64,000 nucleotides of DNA from assembly GCA_038087875.1 (NCBI GenBank), contig CM075981.1, forward strand, positions 15,810,001 through 15,874,000. The letters are read 5' to 3'. The notes below the pieces were generated by a model. The model had not been told where the DNA came from. It did not search any database and worked only from the letters and a program-made list of their open reading frames with translations. Position numbers and translations under genes: made by a program. This DNA comes from Malacoraja senta. Lineage: Eukaryota. The first letter of the stretch is position 1. Each line of letters opens with the position of its first letter. Shown here one piece after another: positions 1-13,600 of this stretch.

Positions 1-1198
1 GGTAAAGTGCCTTGGGAGGAAAAGTGTGAATCTTCGGCGAGGCGGCTGATGCGGGGAGGCTACATTTATCGGTTGTGCGTACAATTTAATTTAGATATTT
101 AAAATAAATATGGGCGTGATGGCAGGGTTATTCCGGTAGTGCGTTTGCTGCAGGATGTGGGAAGCCAGGGACACCGCTGATGTCACTGACCACTACACAT
201 GTGGGAACTGTGTCCAAATGCTGCCCTTCAAGGATAGAGTTAGAGAACTGGAGCAGCGGCTGGATGACCTGTGGTCCATCCGTGAAGTCGAAAGCTTCCT
301 GGAGAGGACCTACCGTATAGACGTCATTCAAGAGTACAAGAGGTGCGACGGTTACAGACGGAAATAAAGGGGATGAAACTGGTACATGAGACCTAGGTGG
401 AAGTACTTCTTGAAAACAGGTACACGCTCTTGGGTGCTGTCGCGGTCAACATCGTGGAAGCGTATGCCTGGAGTTAACGGGCAAGAGAATGTAGAAAAGG
501 TCACGTTTAAACTAACAGGGCAGGGGGATAGGAACCAATGCAAAGAGACAGAGGGCAACAAAAGGAGAACAGAAACAATAGGTAGAAGGGAGATAAGGAA
601 AACAGATCTGAAAGCTTTGTGTCTGAATGCGAGGAGAATTCGCAATAAGGTGGATGGATTGCATTTGCAGTTACAATTTAAGGAATATGATGTAGTTACT
701 ATTATTGCTCCAGGGTGAGCATATTCAGGAAGGAAGAGGAGTTGGGGTTGCATTGCTGGGTAAAGATGAGATTCATGCAATAGCAAGTAGTGACATTAGC
801 TTGGATGCTATAGAATCGGTATGGGTAGAACTGCGAAGTAGCTAATGACAGAAAACGCTTGTTCTAGATATATACAGACCACCAAGCAGCAGGAGGGAGG
901 TTGGGGATAGCATCAAGCAGTAAATTATGGATGCGTGTAGCCAAGGTACAGCAAATATAATGGACAAATTAAATCTAAATATGGATTGACCCAACCAAAT
1001 TGGTAGCAGAGTATTTCCTGGGATGTGCACGGGATGGTTTTTTAACCAATATGCAGATGAACAGAAAAGATGAAATGACATCCTCGACTGGGTATTGTGT
1101 AGTGAGGAAGGGTTAGTTAGTGATCTTGGTATGCAAAGCCCCTTGAGCAACAGTGAACATAATATAGTGAAATTTGAGTCAGGATGGAAAATGACACG
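1..1198 (+). mobile_element. Degenerate CR1-clade LINE 5' part (ORF1 Zn-finger/coiled coil and start of APE endonuclease), 3' deleted
   Basis: [22 protein letters not shown]...RVRELEQRLDDL and [16 protein letters not shown]. Near-copy of 8143-9339. Confidence 0.9.
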
Positions 1199-1652
1199 AA
1201 TTGATATTCACATCGCCTCAATTTGCTTTCATACTTTAAGGAAGAGCGGAGATTTCCAAAAATTGGAAATTAAGTGAAAATTGCATGTTCAAGAAAGAAG
1301 AAAAAATACATTCCCCTGTTTTGTCACCTGCCTGCGAGTTCTTGAGAATTACGTTGTCCAAGGCCACATGATGTATCTGCTTTTTGCCCTCAAGCTTTTG
1401 ATAAACGCGGAGAGCTTCTGGGAGTGGATGTGCATTAATATAAATATATATGTTAGTATCGGTAGCTTCAGAAATTTGACGTCCATCCTGAAAAACGATT
1501 ATTTTACCGATATCTGGAATAGTTCTCTATTCATAATTTTATTATGCACGGGAAGCAGTAAGTCGCACATCACATATTTGTAATTGAAGTAACCGCAAAT
1601 TGGCTGCCATTTCATTTGGGGGCGAATTATAATCGAAACGTTTCCAGCTTAC

Positions 1653-1688
1653 CTGCATCCTGCACATTCTTCTTTAACATTTCAACTT
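1653..1688 (-). CDS. Micro-exon E16 (36 nt), [12 protein letters not shown]
   Basis: gtttctttctttcag|AAGTTGAAATGTTAAAGAAGAATGTGCAGGATGCAG|gtaagc. Confidence 0.85.
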
Positions 1689-4600
1689 CTGAAAGAAAGA
1701 AACGGCGAAATATGTGAGAAAAATACATGGTTCCTGCCAACAAAAGGGGCAGTTTAGAAAATAACGACGCATAAGACTGCCATTAAGGCAACCCAGAGCA
1801 ATATTAAAATAAAATGAAAATAATTATGAAGCGTTGGTAAAACGAGCAAGGATAGATTAAGAACAAAAGAAGCATTGAATACATTATTCCGTACTCAAAT
1901 AAGTATTTTAGGAAGGAGAACTATATTCCACCCAGATGAAACTGGAAGGACATATGGAATAAAGACACTATGACTGCATGGATGGAAGACGGCCATTTCA
2001 TTGATATGAATGCCAATGTATATATTTAAGAGAGAGAGATCGAAAACGAATGCTTCGGCTTCATGCGGCGCACGCATCAATTGGTAGACAATAATTTATC
2101 TAGGCCGTTAAAATGGGAAGGTAAGTTCAATTTTGTTTATACTTTTATCGATTCGTACATGCCTGGCTCTTGCTGGTGCACATTTAAATACCGTATGAAA
2201 ATAGGTACTGTTTGTGCGACTGAAATGAAGCATAAAAATCAATACACACCTTTTCCATTTTTGCCGAGTTTCAATTCTAGGTCAAACACGAAATATAATG
2301 AAATAAATAGAGGGAAGTGTTGACCAACATGTTATCATGTTGCTGGTCTCAGTCGAAGAAGGAGTGCTTATTTATTTATATCTTCCACAGTGTTAATTCA
2401 CATTGTCTGTTTTCAAAGTGAAAATCACGGATTACGTAACACGCAGGGGAACTAGGTCCACTCAATTGTGAAGAGAAACACACAAAGTTCGCTGTATCCA
2501 GTTGAAGTGAAAGCGGTGGCAAGCGGTAATGCCAAAGATGAATGGAAACGGGGATAACTGATTTATGGAGCCATTGATTAAGCGCCGTGGAGGAAAATAA
2601 ATAGTTAAGCCATATGTACAGATCTGCACCTTTCTCAATATCTAATTGGAAAGTTGTCTAGGACTATCGAAATATATATATAATCTGCATAAAAACCTGT
2701 TCTTTTATATATTTTAGAGATTACGATGACGATCTCATAGTTCGTGCAACCACTTTGCATACAGCCTATTTCAGGCTCACGAATAAAAATAAAACGTGTA
2801 CGAAGGAGCTGCAGATGCTGGTTTACACCGAATATAGACACAAAATCCTGGTGAAACAACGGGACACAGCATCTCTGGATGGAAGGAATGGGTGACGTTT
2901 CGGGTCGAGACCGTTCTTCAGACTCAGTCAATGAGAGGGAACCTCAAAGATAAGGGAATCTAAGAGATCAAAACAGTTGAAATTCAAGGTTAATGAAAAA
3001 ATAGATCAATGTTAGCTAGGAGAAGGTGACAACAAAGCAATCAGAGATAACATCTAATCAGGGGGATATTCAGAGTGGTTGGAGAACTGGTTAGGGGTGG
3101 GATGGAGAGAGAGGGAAAGGAATCATTACTTGAAGTTAGAAAAAGCAGCATTCATATTGCTGGTGAGTAAGCCGCCCAAGCAAGTCTTCCAATTTGCGCT
3201 GTGCCTCACTCTGACAATGGAGAAAGCCCAGGACAGAAGGGTCAGTGTGGGAATGGGAGGTGACGTTAAAGTATTTAGTAACCGGGATATCAAGTAGTTT
3301 TAGGAGGACTGAGCGGAGTTGTTCCTCAAAACGATCACCGAGCCTGCGCTTGGTCTCACCGATATATTGGAGTTCACACTTGGGAAAGGGGATAAAGTAG
3401 ATGAAGTTGGAAGAGATGCAAGAGAACCTCTGCGTTACATGTAAAGACTATCGCAGTCCTTGGACGGTGTCGAAGGAGTAGGTATAGGTACACGTGTTGC
3501 GTCTCGTGCGTTTGCATGTGAAAGTGCTGCGGAGAGGCTGGTTTCGGTGGGAATGACAAGTTAACCAGGGATTTGCAGAGGGAACGGTCTCTGCGGAAAG
3601 CGAAAAGGAGGTGGAAATGGGAAGATGCGGCTAGTGGTGAGATCCCGTTGGAGCTATCGAACATGTCGCAGGATTACGTGGTGTATGCGACGGCTGATGG
3701 GGTGAAAGTTGAGGGCTAGGGGGACTCTGTCCCTGCATCGAGGGAAGGAGAACAATAGTGGAGCTGCGGGATATCGAGGAGGCGCTGGTGAGGGCCTCAT
3801 CTATGATGGAAGAGCGGAACCCCCGTTACCTAAATAATGAAGATTAAATTACATACCCCCTTTTACGCCGCATCTGCTCCCAAGGTTGGGTGTTCCATGC
3901 CAGGGCATGTCCTGTTTTGGAACATCTAACCTTGGGCGCAGATGTGGCGTAGACGGAGGAATTCGAGGTAGTGGTAGAGTCTTTTCAAGTGGCAGGATTT
4001 GAAAGAAATGTAGTCTAGATAGATGTGTGAGGCAGTAGGTTTCTAATAGATGTCAGCCGAAAGTCTATCTCTTGTGATGGAGACGTTGAGATCAAGTAAC
4101 GGCAGGGAAAAGTCGGAGATGGTCAAAGTAAATTTGAGTTCTGGGTGGAAATTAGTAGGAAATTGAAAATAAACCGGTGAGTTCCGCATGGGTGCATGAG
4201 GTAGCCCTTCGTATAGAAACAATGAGTTTAACTTATTTACGGCCTCATGTTGTACCAATTGGGAGTGTAAATAAGTTAATTACATATTTCTGTGCCAAAT
4301 TAGGTTAGTAGTATACCCGTTAATCAACCCAATTAAAATAAACTGGCACTGATTGAGAACTTGAGATTTTGTCACATATATTTGGAGATGATGCCAATGT
4401 GCTCGTTTTACCAAATCGTACAATTTTAACTTTGCAACAAATCCTCACATCTGTGAGGGATTGTAAGTGATTGAGCATCAACAAATTTCGTCTACACTCG
4501 ATGGAGCTACATGTGCTTATTGCACTGATATCTAGTAAATGTCAGCAGTTATCTTTTTTAGTGTTCTACTCAAATTTGTAAAATTGTGTAATAAAGAAAA

Positions 4601-7600
4601 AGATGGAACTTTGCAATCGGCAAAGACGGAAAGTTTCAGAACGACTTTCAGCACGTATTAAATATCCAGTGCTCTTTAAGTTAACAAAATTAGATGCCGC
4701 AACACAAATTTGACAGGTCTCCTGAGTTTTTGCTGAATCGTTCATTGGTACATGTATTGTTAATGACCGACCATAAGATCCAAATCGGCACGCTTTTCAA
4801 CGTCGGTAGAGTTGTCTTGTTTACATATTGACAATTGCCTATCCAACCACTCGGAATGTTTTGAAATTCCCAATCTTGCTTAGCCATATCATATAACCAT
4901 ATATAACCATATAACCATAACAGCACGGAAACAGGCCATCTCGGCCCTTCAAGTCCGTGCCGAACATTTAAATTTTTTTTAAATTTTTTTTTTTTTAATT
5001 AAAAATAAAATACTTCCCCCTAGTCCCATCTACATGCACTCAGACCATAACCCTCCATTCCTTTCCCGTCCATATACCCATCCAATCTATTTTTAAAGGA
5101 TAACATCGAACCTGCCTCCAGCACTTCCACTGGAAGCTCATTCCACACAGCTACCACTCTCTGGGTAAAGAAGTTCCCCCTAATGTTCCCCCTAAACTTC
5201 TGTCCCTTAATTCTCAAGTCATGTCCCCTTGTTTGAATCTTCCCTACTCTCAATGGGAAAAGCTTATCCACGTCCACTCTGTCTAACCCGCTCATAATTT
5301 TAAAGACCTCTATCAAGTCCCCTCATAACCTTCTGCGCTCCAAAGAATAAAGACCTAACTTGTTCAACCTTTCTCTGTAACTTAGTTGCTGAAACCCAGG
5401 CAACATTCTAGTTAATCTCCTCTGTACTCTCTCTATTTTGTTGACATCCTTCCTATAATTAGGCGACCAAAATTGTACTCCATACTCCAGAATTGGCCTC
5501 ACCAATGCCTTGTACAATTTGAACATTACATCCCAACTTCTATATTCAATGCTCTGATTTATAAAGGCCAGCACACCAAAAGCTTTCTTTACCACCCTAT
5601 CTACATGAGATTCCACCTTCAGGGAACTATGCACAGTTATTCCTAGATCCCTCTGTTCAACTGCATTCCTCAATTCGCTACCATTTACCGTGTACGTCCT
5701 ATTTTGATTTGTCCTGCCGAGATGTAGCACCTCACATTTGTCAGCATTAAACTCCATCTGCCATCTTTCAGCCCACTCTTCCAAATGGCCTAAATCTCTC
5801 TGCAGACTTTGAAAATCTACTTCATTATCCACAACACCACCTATCTTAGTATCATCTGCATCACTTCATTCTTTTAGAGTTTCCATTGTTTAGATTTATA
5901 ATGCGTATCTCGGTTTGTAGTATTTAAGTCTAAATGAATGATTATTATCCATGGTCGGCCGAGGAGTTGAAGGAGCGTTTGCGGAGATTGACTGCAGAAT
6001 CTAAATTAGTTAATTGGTAAGTTAGAAAATTAGTTAATTGATTAGCAAATACAAGTAGGGCTCGCTGTAGCGAAACGACCTAATTGAGGGAAAGCGTGTG
6101 CGGACGTGGGGCCGACGGACGAGAGGCCGAAGCAAAGTAGTCGAAGCCAAAGAACGGAATGGAAACGAGGCCGAAACGACAATAAACCGAAAGAGTCTGA
6201 AGACGAAACGCCTACTAACCGAAAGGATGGGACGCCTAAATGCAAACGTACCGAATGGCCGCTCTGTCGAAACGCTACCTACCCGAAAGTCGGCGTCGCC
6301 TGCAGGCCAAAGAACCGACTGCCGCTCAACAGAAAAATCCAATAACGGACTTTACGTTGCCGGGGGGCGGGACTTGTGAGCGATTGGTCCAGACCCCGCG
6401 TCCATCACATCACTGTGTAGGCATGAACATTGTCGCAAACCTCCGCTCCACCCGACCCGCAGCCCGTGGAGGGTGGCCGTGGGAGAGTGGGGGCTGCCCC
6501 TAGCGATGCACACCTTCGGCCGCTTTCATCTTGGTGCTTGGTTCAGCTTTCCCAGTCACCTATGGCTTGTGTGGGAAAATGAACCCAACGCTCCCTTTTC
6601 CCCTTTCTCTCTCTCCCCTCTCTCTCCCTCTCTCTCTTCTCTCTCTCCTCTCTCCCCTCTTCTCTCTCTCCTCCTCTCTCTCCACTCTTCTCTCTCTCCT
6701 CCTCTCTCTTCCCCTCCTCTCCCCCTCTCTCCCTCCCTTCTCTCTCTCCCCGTTCTCTCTCTCCTTTCTCTCTCCTCATCTCTCTCCCCTCTTCGCTCTT
6801 TCCTCCTCTCCACTCTTCTCTATCTCCTCTCTCTTCCCCTCCTCCCCCTTTCTCTCTCCCTTTTATCTCCCTCCCTTCTCTCTCCCACCCTTCGCTCACT
6901 CCCCTCTTATCTCCCCCCTCCCTCTCCCTTCTCTCTCTCCCCTTCTCTCCACATTCTCTCTCTCCTCCGTCTCCACCCGCGGGAGCGTCCCACAGTCACT
7001 GACTGCGATGCACCGCCATCGGAGCCCAACCTCCACACCAGGTTGATTCTCCACCCCCTTTCACTCCGACCGCGGTCAGTGACTGTGGGACGCTCCCGCG
7101 GGTGGAGACGGGGGAGGGAGAGAAGGGGGGGGGAGAAGGGGTGAGAGAGAAGGGCGAGGGGGGGGGGAGGAGAAGAGAGAGAAGAAGAGAGAGAAGACTG
7201 GAGAGACAGGAGGAGAGAGAGAAGAGGGGAGAGAGAAGAGGGGAGAGAAGGGAGAGAGAAGGGAGAGAAAGAAGGGAGAGAGATGGGAGAGAGAGGGGAG
7301 AGAGAGAAGAGTGGAGGGGGAGAGAGAAGGTGGAGTGAGAGAACGGAGAGAGAGAGAAGGGAGGGTGAGAGAAGGGGAGAGATGGGGGGAGAGGGGGGAA
7401 GAGAGAGGAGAAGAGTGGAGAGAGAGGAGAAAGAGAGAAGAGGGGAGAGTGAAGAGGGGAGAGAAGAAGGGAGAGAAGGGAGAGTGGGAGGAGAGAGAAG
7501 AGGGGAGAGAAGGGAGAGAGAGAAGTGGGAGATAGAGGGGGAGAGAGAGAAGAGCGGAGAGAGAAGGGGGAGACGGGAGCGTGGGGTTCATTTTCCCCAC

Positions 7601-10600
7601 ACAAGCCATAGGTGACTGGGCAATCTGAACCCAAGCACCAAGTTGAAAGCGGCCGAAGGTGTTCATCGCTCGGGACTGCCCACACTCTCCCACGGCCATT
7701 CTTCGCGGGCTGCGGGTCGGGTGGAGCGGAGGTCTGGGAAAATGTTCATGCCTTCACAGTGATGTGATGGACGCGGGGGTCTGGACCAATCGCTGACAAG
7801 TCCCGCCCCCGGCAACGTCAAGTCCGTTATTGGACTTTTCTGTTGAACGGCAGTCGGTCCTTTGGCCTGAGGCGACGCCGCCTTTATGGTACGTTACGTT
7901 TCGACAGAGCGGCCATTCTGTAAGTTTGATTTTAGGAGACGCAGCTGTTCGATTCCTTGAATTTTAGGTGTCCCGCCTTTTCGGTTAGTTTGCATTTAGG
8001 CGTCCCATCCTTTCGGTTAGTAGGCGTTTCGTCTTCGGACTCTTTCGGTTTATTGTCGTTTCGGCCTCGTTTCCATTCCATTCTTTGGCTTCGACTTCTT
8101 TGCTTCGTTTTCGTGTCTGTCGGCGCCACGTCAGGGTACCGAGGTAAAGTGCCTTAGGAGGAAAAGTGTAAGTCTTCGGCGAGGAGGCTGATGCGGGGAG
8201 GCTGCATTTATTCAGTTGTGTGTACAATTTAATTTATATATTTAAAATGAATATTGGCATGATGGCAGGGTTATTCCTGTAGTGCGTTAGCTGCAGGATG
8301 TGGGAAGCCAGGGACACCGCTGGTGTCACTGACCACTACACATGTGGGAACTGTGTTCAAATGCTGCTCTTCAAGGATAGAGTTAGAGAACTGGAGCAGC
8401 AGCTGGATGACCTGTGGTCCATCCGGGAAGACGAAAGCTTCCTGGACACGACCTACCGTATAGACGTCACTCAAGAGTACAAGGGGTGCGACGGTTAGTG
8501 ACGGAAAGAAAGGGGATGAAACTGGCACATGAGCCCTAGGTAGAGGTACTTCTTGAATACAGGTACACGCTCTTGGGTACTGTCGCAGTCAACACCGTGG
8601 AACCATATGCCTGGAGTTAACGGGCTAGAGAGTGTTGAAAATGTCACGTTTAAACTAACAGGGCAGGGGGATAGGAACCAATGCAGAGACAGAGGGCCAC
8701 AAAAGGAGGACAGAAACAATAGGTAGAAGAGAGATAAGGAAAACAGATCTGAAAGCGTTGTGCCTTAATGCGAGGAGCATTCGCAATAAGGTAGATGAAT
8801 TGAATGTGCAGTCACAAGTTAAGGAATATGATACAGTTAGAATTACGGCTCCAGGGTCAGCATATTCAGGAAGGAAGAGGAGATGCGGTTGCATTGCTGG
8901 TTAAAGAGGATATTCATGCAATAGCAAGTAGTGGCATTAGCTTGGATGCGGTAGAATCGGTATGGGTAGAACTGCGAAGTAGCTAATGGCAGAAAACGCT
9001 TGTTATGGTTATATACAGACCACCAAGCAGCAGGAGGGAGGTTGGGGATAGCATCAAGCAGTAAATTATGGATGCGTGTAGCCAAGTTACAGCAAATATA
9101 ATGGACGAATTAAATCTAATTATAGATTGAGCCAACCAAATTGGTAGCAGGGTATTTCCTGGGGTGTACACGGGATGGTTTTTTAACCAATATGGAGAAG
9201 AACAGACTAGATGACATGACATCCTCGACTGGGTATTGTGTAGTGAGCAAGGGTTAGTTACCGATCTTGTTATGCAAAGTCCCTTGGGCCTCAGTGAACA
9301 TAATATAGTGGAATTTGCATTAGGATGGAAAATGGCACGGTTATTAAGGCAGCTCAACCGTGGCAAACGGGGGAAATCGAGGATCGTGTTAAATCCAAGG
9401 AAAAGGCATATAAATTGGCCAGAGGAAGCAGCAAGCCGGAGGACTGGGGGAAATTTAGAACTCAACAAAAATCGTGGTTAATTAAGAGGGGAAACATAGC
9501 ATGAAATAAAGCTTGCGGGGAATATAAAAACTGACCCTATAAGCTTCTTCAGATATATAAAAATGGAAAAGATTAGAGAAGACAAATGTAGGTCCCATAC
9601 AATCTGACGCTGGTGAATTTATAATGAGAAACAAGGAAATGGCAGAATAGTGAAACGAGTACTTTGGTTCCGTCTTCACTACGGAAGGCACAAACAATCT
9701 CCCAAAAATACTTGGGGACCGAGAATCCAGTGAGAGGGAGAAACTGAATGGAATCCACCATACTCAGGAAATGGTGTTTGGTAAACTGCTGAGACTGAAG
9801 GCAGATAAATTCCCAGGGCCCGATGGTCTCTATCCCAGAGTATACAAGGAGTTGCCCCGAGAAATCGTGGATGCATTGATGATCATTTTCCAATGTTCTC
9901 TCGACTCTGAATCAGTTCTAGTTGACTGGAGGATAACAAATATAACCCCACATTTTAAGAAAGAAGGTGAATTGAAAAAATGGGGTATTATAGACCAGTT
10001 AGCCTTGCTTCGGTAGTGGGGAAGATGCTTGAGTCGATTCTTAAATATGTTAAAGCAGCACATTTGGAAATCAGTGACAGGATCGGTTAAAGTCAGCTTG
10101 GATTTATGAAGGGGAAATCATCCTTGATTAATCTTCTGGAATTTCTTTAGGATGTAACAAGTAGAATGGATAAGTGAGATCCAGTGGATGTGGTTTATCT
10201 GGACTTTCTAAAGACCTTTGATAAGGTCCCACAAAATAGATTAGTGTGCAAAATTAGAGCACACAATATTGCGGGTAGGGTATTAACATTGATAGAGAAC
10301 TGGTTGGCAGAAGGGAAGGAAATAGTAGGAATTAACGGGTCCTTTTTGGAATGGCAGTCAGTAACGCGTGGGATGCCGGAAGGCTCGGCGCTGGGAGTAC
10401 AGTTATTTAAAAAACATATTAACGATTTTACGAGATTATGAAATGCGACATCTCCAAGTTTGCGGATGGCACAACGCTGGGTGCCAGTGTGGGCTGCGAC
10501 GAGGATGCTATGAGGCTGCAGAGCGACTTGGATAGGTTGGGTTAAGTGGGCAGATGCATGACAGATGCAGTATAATGTGGATAAATGTGACGTTATCAGC

Positions 10601-13600
10601 TTTGGTGCAAGAACAGGAAGGGAGATTATTATCTGAGCGGTGTCTGATTGGGGAAAGGGGAGGTGCAAAGGGACCTGGATGTGCTTGTTCATCAGCCACT
10701 GTAGGTAAGCATGCAGGTACAGCATGCAGTGAAGAAAGCTAATGGCATTTTGGCCTCCATTGCCAGCGGATTTGAGCTTAGGAGTAAGGACGTCGTACGG
10801 CAGCTGTACAGGGCCCTGGTGAGACCGGATCTCGAGTATTGTCTGTAATTTTGGTCTCCTAATTTGACGAAGGACATTATTGATATTGCGGGAGTGCAGC
10901 GCAGGTTCAGCAGCTTAATTCCCGGGAGGGCGGGACTGACATACGATGAAAGAATGGGTGGACTGGGCTTGTATTCACTGGATTTTAGATGGATGAGAGG
11001 CGATCTTATCGGAACATAAAATGTCTTAAATTATTGGATAGGCAAGATTTAGGAAAAATGTTCCCGATGTTGGGAGAGTCCAAAACCAGGGATCACAGTT
11101 TACGAATAAGGGGTGGGCCATTTAGGATTGAGACGAGGAAAAAGCATTCACCCAGAGAGTTGTGAATCTGTGGAATTCTCTGCCACAGAATGCAGTGGAG
11201 GTCAATTCATTGGATGTTTTCAAGATAGTTTGATTTAGCTCGTAGGGCTAAAGGAATTAAGGACTATGGGGAACAAGCAGGAACGGGGAACTGATTTTAG
11301 ATGAGCAGCCATATTAAATGGCGGTGTTGGCTCTTAGGACCGAATGGCATCCTCCTGCACTTATGTTTCTATGCTTCTATGTTTCAATTTCAAGTAATTA
11401 TTACCCTTCCTTCTTGAATCCGGAAACCCATGACTAAAGCTAGCGACTTTTGCTTACGATGTTCCACTTCCGTTAACATTTTCGTAGTTGGCGATTGAGC
11501 GTACTTGTCTGAAAGGACGTCCTCAACACTTTGCTGGAATTCCTTCAGTAAAAGAGCTATCTGAATCTGTCCGTCAGTTGTTGTAAGATACCAGATGTAC
11601 ATTGCGACGTCAGTTCTGACAGAACTGCGACTGGGCTTTATTACGCGTCGCTTAGGTCGCGCCTGCGGATATGATTTTTTTGGTATCTAGTGAATCTCTA
11701 CATCTATTCCTTTCAAGGAAATCCAAGCCCTTGTCTTCAGTTTTGCAGCCTGTGTAGCGTGCTCGAAATTGGATTTGATCACAGCTCCATAAGTTTGCAA
11801 CGATCATACACCCATTTGTTCAGCAGTTCACATGAAAATATAATTCTTCGTTTTGAATTCAAATTGCAACAGAATATTGAAGCATACACTTTCTGAGGTG
11901 TATGCAGTTTTTTATCAATGTTGTGCTGCGTTTATATTCCTATCGTCCCAATTAGCAATCGTACGTTACAAAAAGCGTCGGTATCAAATAACTTTGAAAT
12001 TTAGTATAACATTGCATGTTAAGGAAGGAATAAAATATATTCTCCTGCTTTAACGGATCCATACAATTCCTGAGAAATTGCTCAAGGCCATATGTCGTAT
12101 GTGCTTACCCATATCTAGCTTTTGATTAACGCGGAAAAGGCGTGTTATTATTCGTCAGGTTATTGGCAGCTTCAAATAATAGACCTACTTTCTGAAACAT
12201 TATTTTTTTTAACCCACGTGTGCAATCGGTGTCCATTCAGCATTTTTTTTATTATCCAGGGGAAGTGGTAAGTCGCACATCACACATTTTGAATTACAAC
12301 AGCAGTACTTTGCCTGTCATTTCCATTGGGGTGAATTATCTTTTCAACATGTTTCCTGCTAACCTGTATCCAGCAGATTATCTTTTAGTGTTGCAGCTTC
12401 TAAAAGAAACAAGTGTCGAAATATTTGAGATAAATAAATTGATAACGCTATCAAAACTGGCACATGTTCATCGACGACGCAGAGGTCTGCCATCAAAACA
12501 ACAAAGAGGAATGTTAAAATTAAGGAAAATGATGATGAACATTGGTAAAATGAGAAACGACAAACTAAGAACAAAATAAGAACCGATAATCAATTATCGC
12601 GCACCTAGCAAAGTATGTTAGAAAGTGAAAGGTAAACGGCGATGGTTAACCAGAAGGTACAATGGAAAATTAAGGGGAATGACTACGCTTTAGGAAGATG
12701 GAATTTAATCTATCTATCTATATACTTTTAAAACTCTGTGGCTGTCGTCCGTCCGTGCGGCTGTACGTCCAACGTTCTGCTTGCCGCGCGGCCTTTGACA
12801 CCGCCCCGCGCCCACACAGCGCGCGGAAAGGCCCATATTTTTGACCATTTCCAAAGAGATTACATTTATCTTTACGAAAACCCACTCCTGATTAAATTCT
12901 GTCCTGTTTATGTACACGTTTTTTTTTAATAAAATCCATCCCCCCCAACCCCAATGTGATTTTCTCCGATTGTCTCCGATTTTCTCCGAAAACGACGCCA
13001 TCTTTTTTTTCCCGATTTTCTCCGAAAACGACGCCATCTTTTTTTCGCCGATTTTCTCCGATTTTTTTCGGAAAACGACGCCATCTTTTTTTCCGCAGAT
13101 TTGCACCCCGGGATCTGAAGCACGTTCGGGAACAACACCCCGGGGTGTCAAGCACTTTCGGGGACCAGACCCAACGGGTCTGCACTTGGTCTAGTATACC
13201 TATAAAACTCTCATCTTGTGCTCTTCCGATTTGTGTTGTTTTTACATTTTGCGCAAAAACTGTTCCTGATAGCGCTACGATTTTTCGCCAACGTACTTGT
13301 CATTCTCCTCTGCTGCAAGTGCAGCAAGTTCTGTTCCAATGGATGTAATAGCACAAAAGTTATGAAGGTTTAACCATCGCAAAAACCGCCCCTTCCGGCA
13401 CCCGCTGTCAATCACCGACGGCGAGGAGAATATACCTAAAGGAGCGGAGCGAGCAGAGTGTGTTGAGCGAGTGCGGAGTGCGCAGCGTGCGTAGTACGCA
13501 ACGTGTGGAGAGAGCAGCGTGCGGAGTGAGCTGCGTGCGGCGTGCTTCTGCGGCGTCCAGCACGACGAGCCGAGAGCCGCTGACTGGAACCGGCAGCCAG

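Noticed and set aside
2386-2425. CACAGTG heptamer as a V(D)J recombination signal
   Set aside because: There is no ACAAAAACC-like nonamer at 12 or 23 bp, no V/J segment nearby, and it is not conserved in the paralogous units.
1200-4880. Repeated CpG-containing AT-rich blocks as an endogenous virus or tandem pseudogenes
   Set aside because: There is no long homologous ORF; the blocks are better explained as duplicated introns around micro-exons.
6473-7699. Long Leu/Ser/Pro and Arg/Glu/Gly ORFs
   Set aside because: They are translations of the CT and GA tracts of the foldback element.
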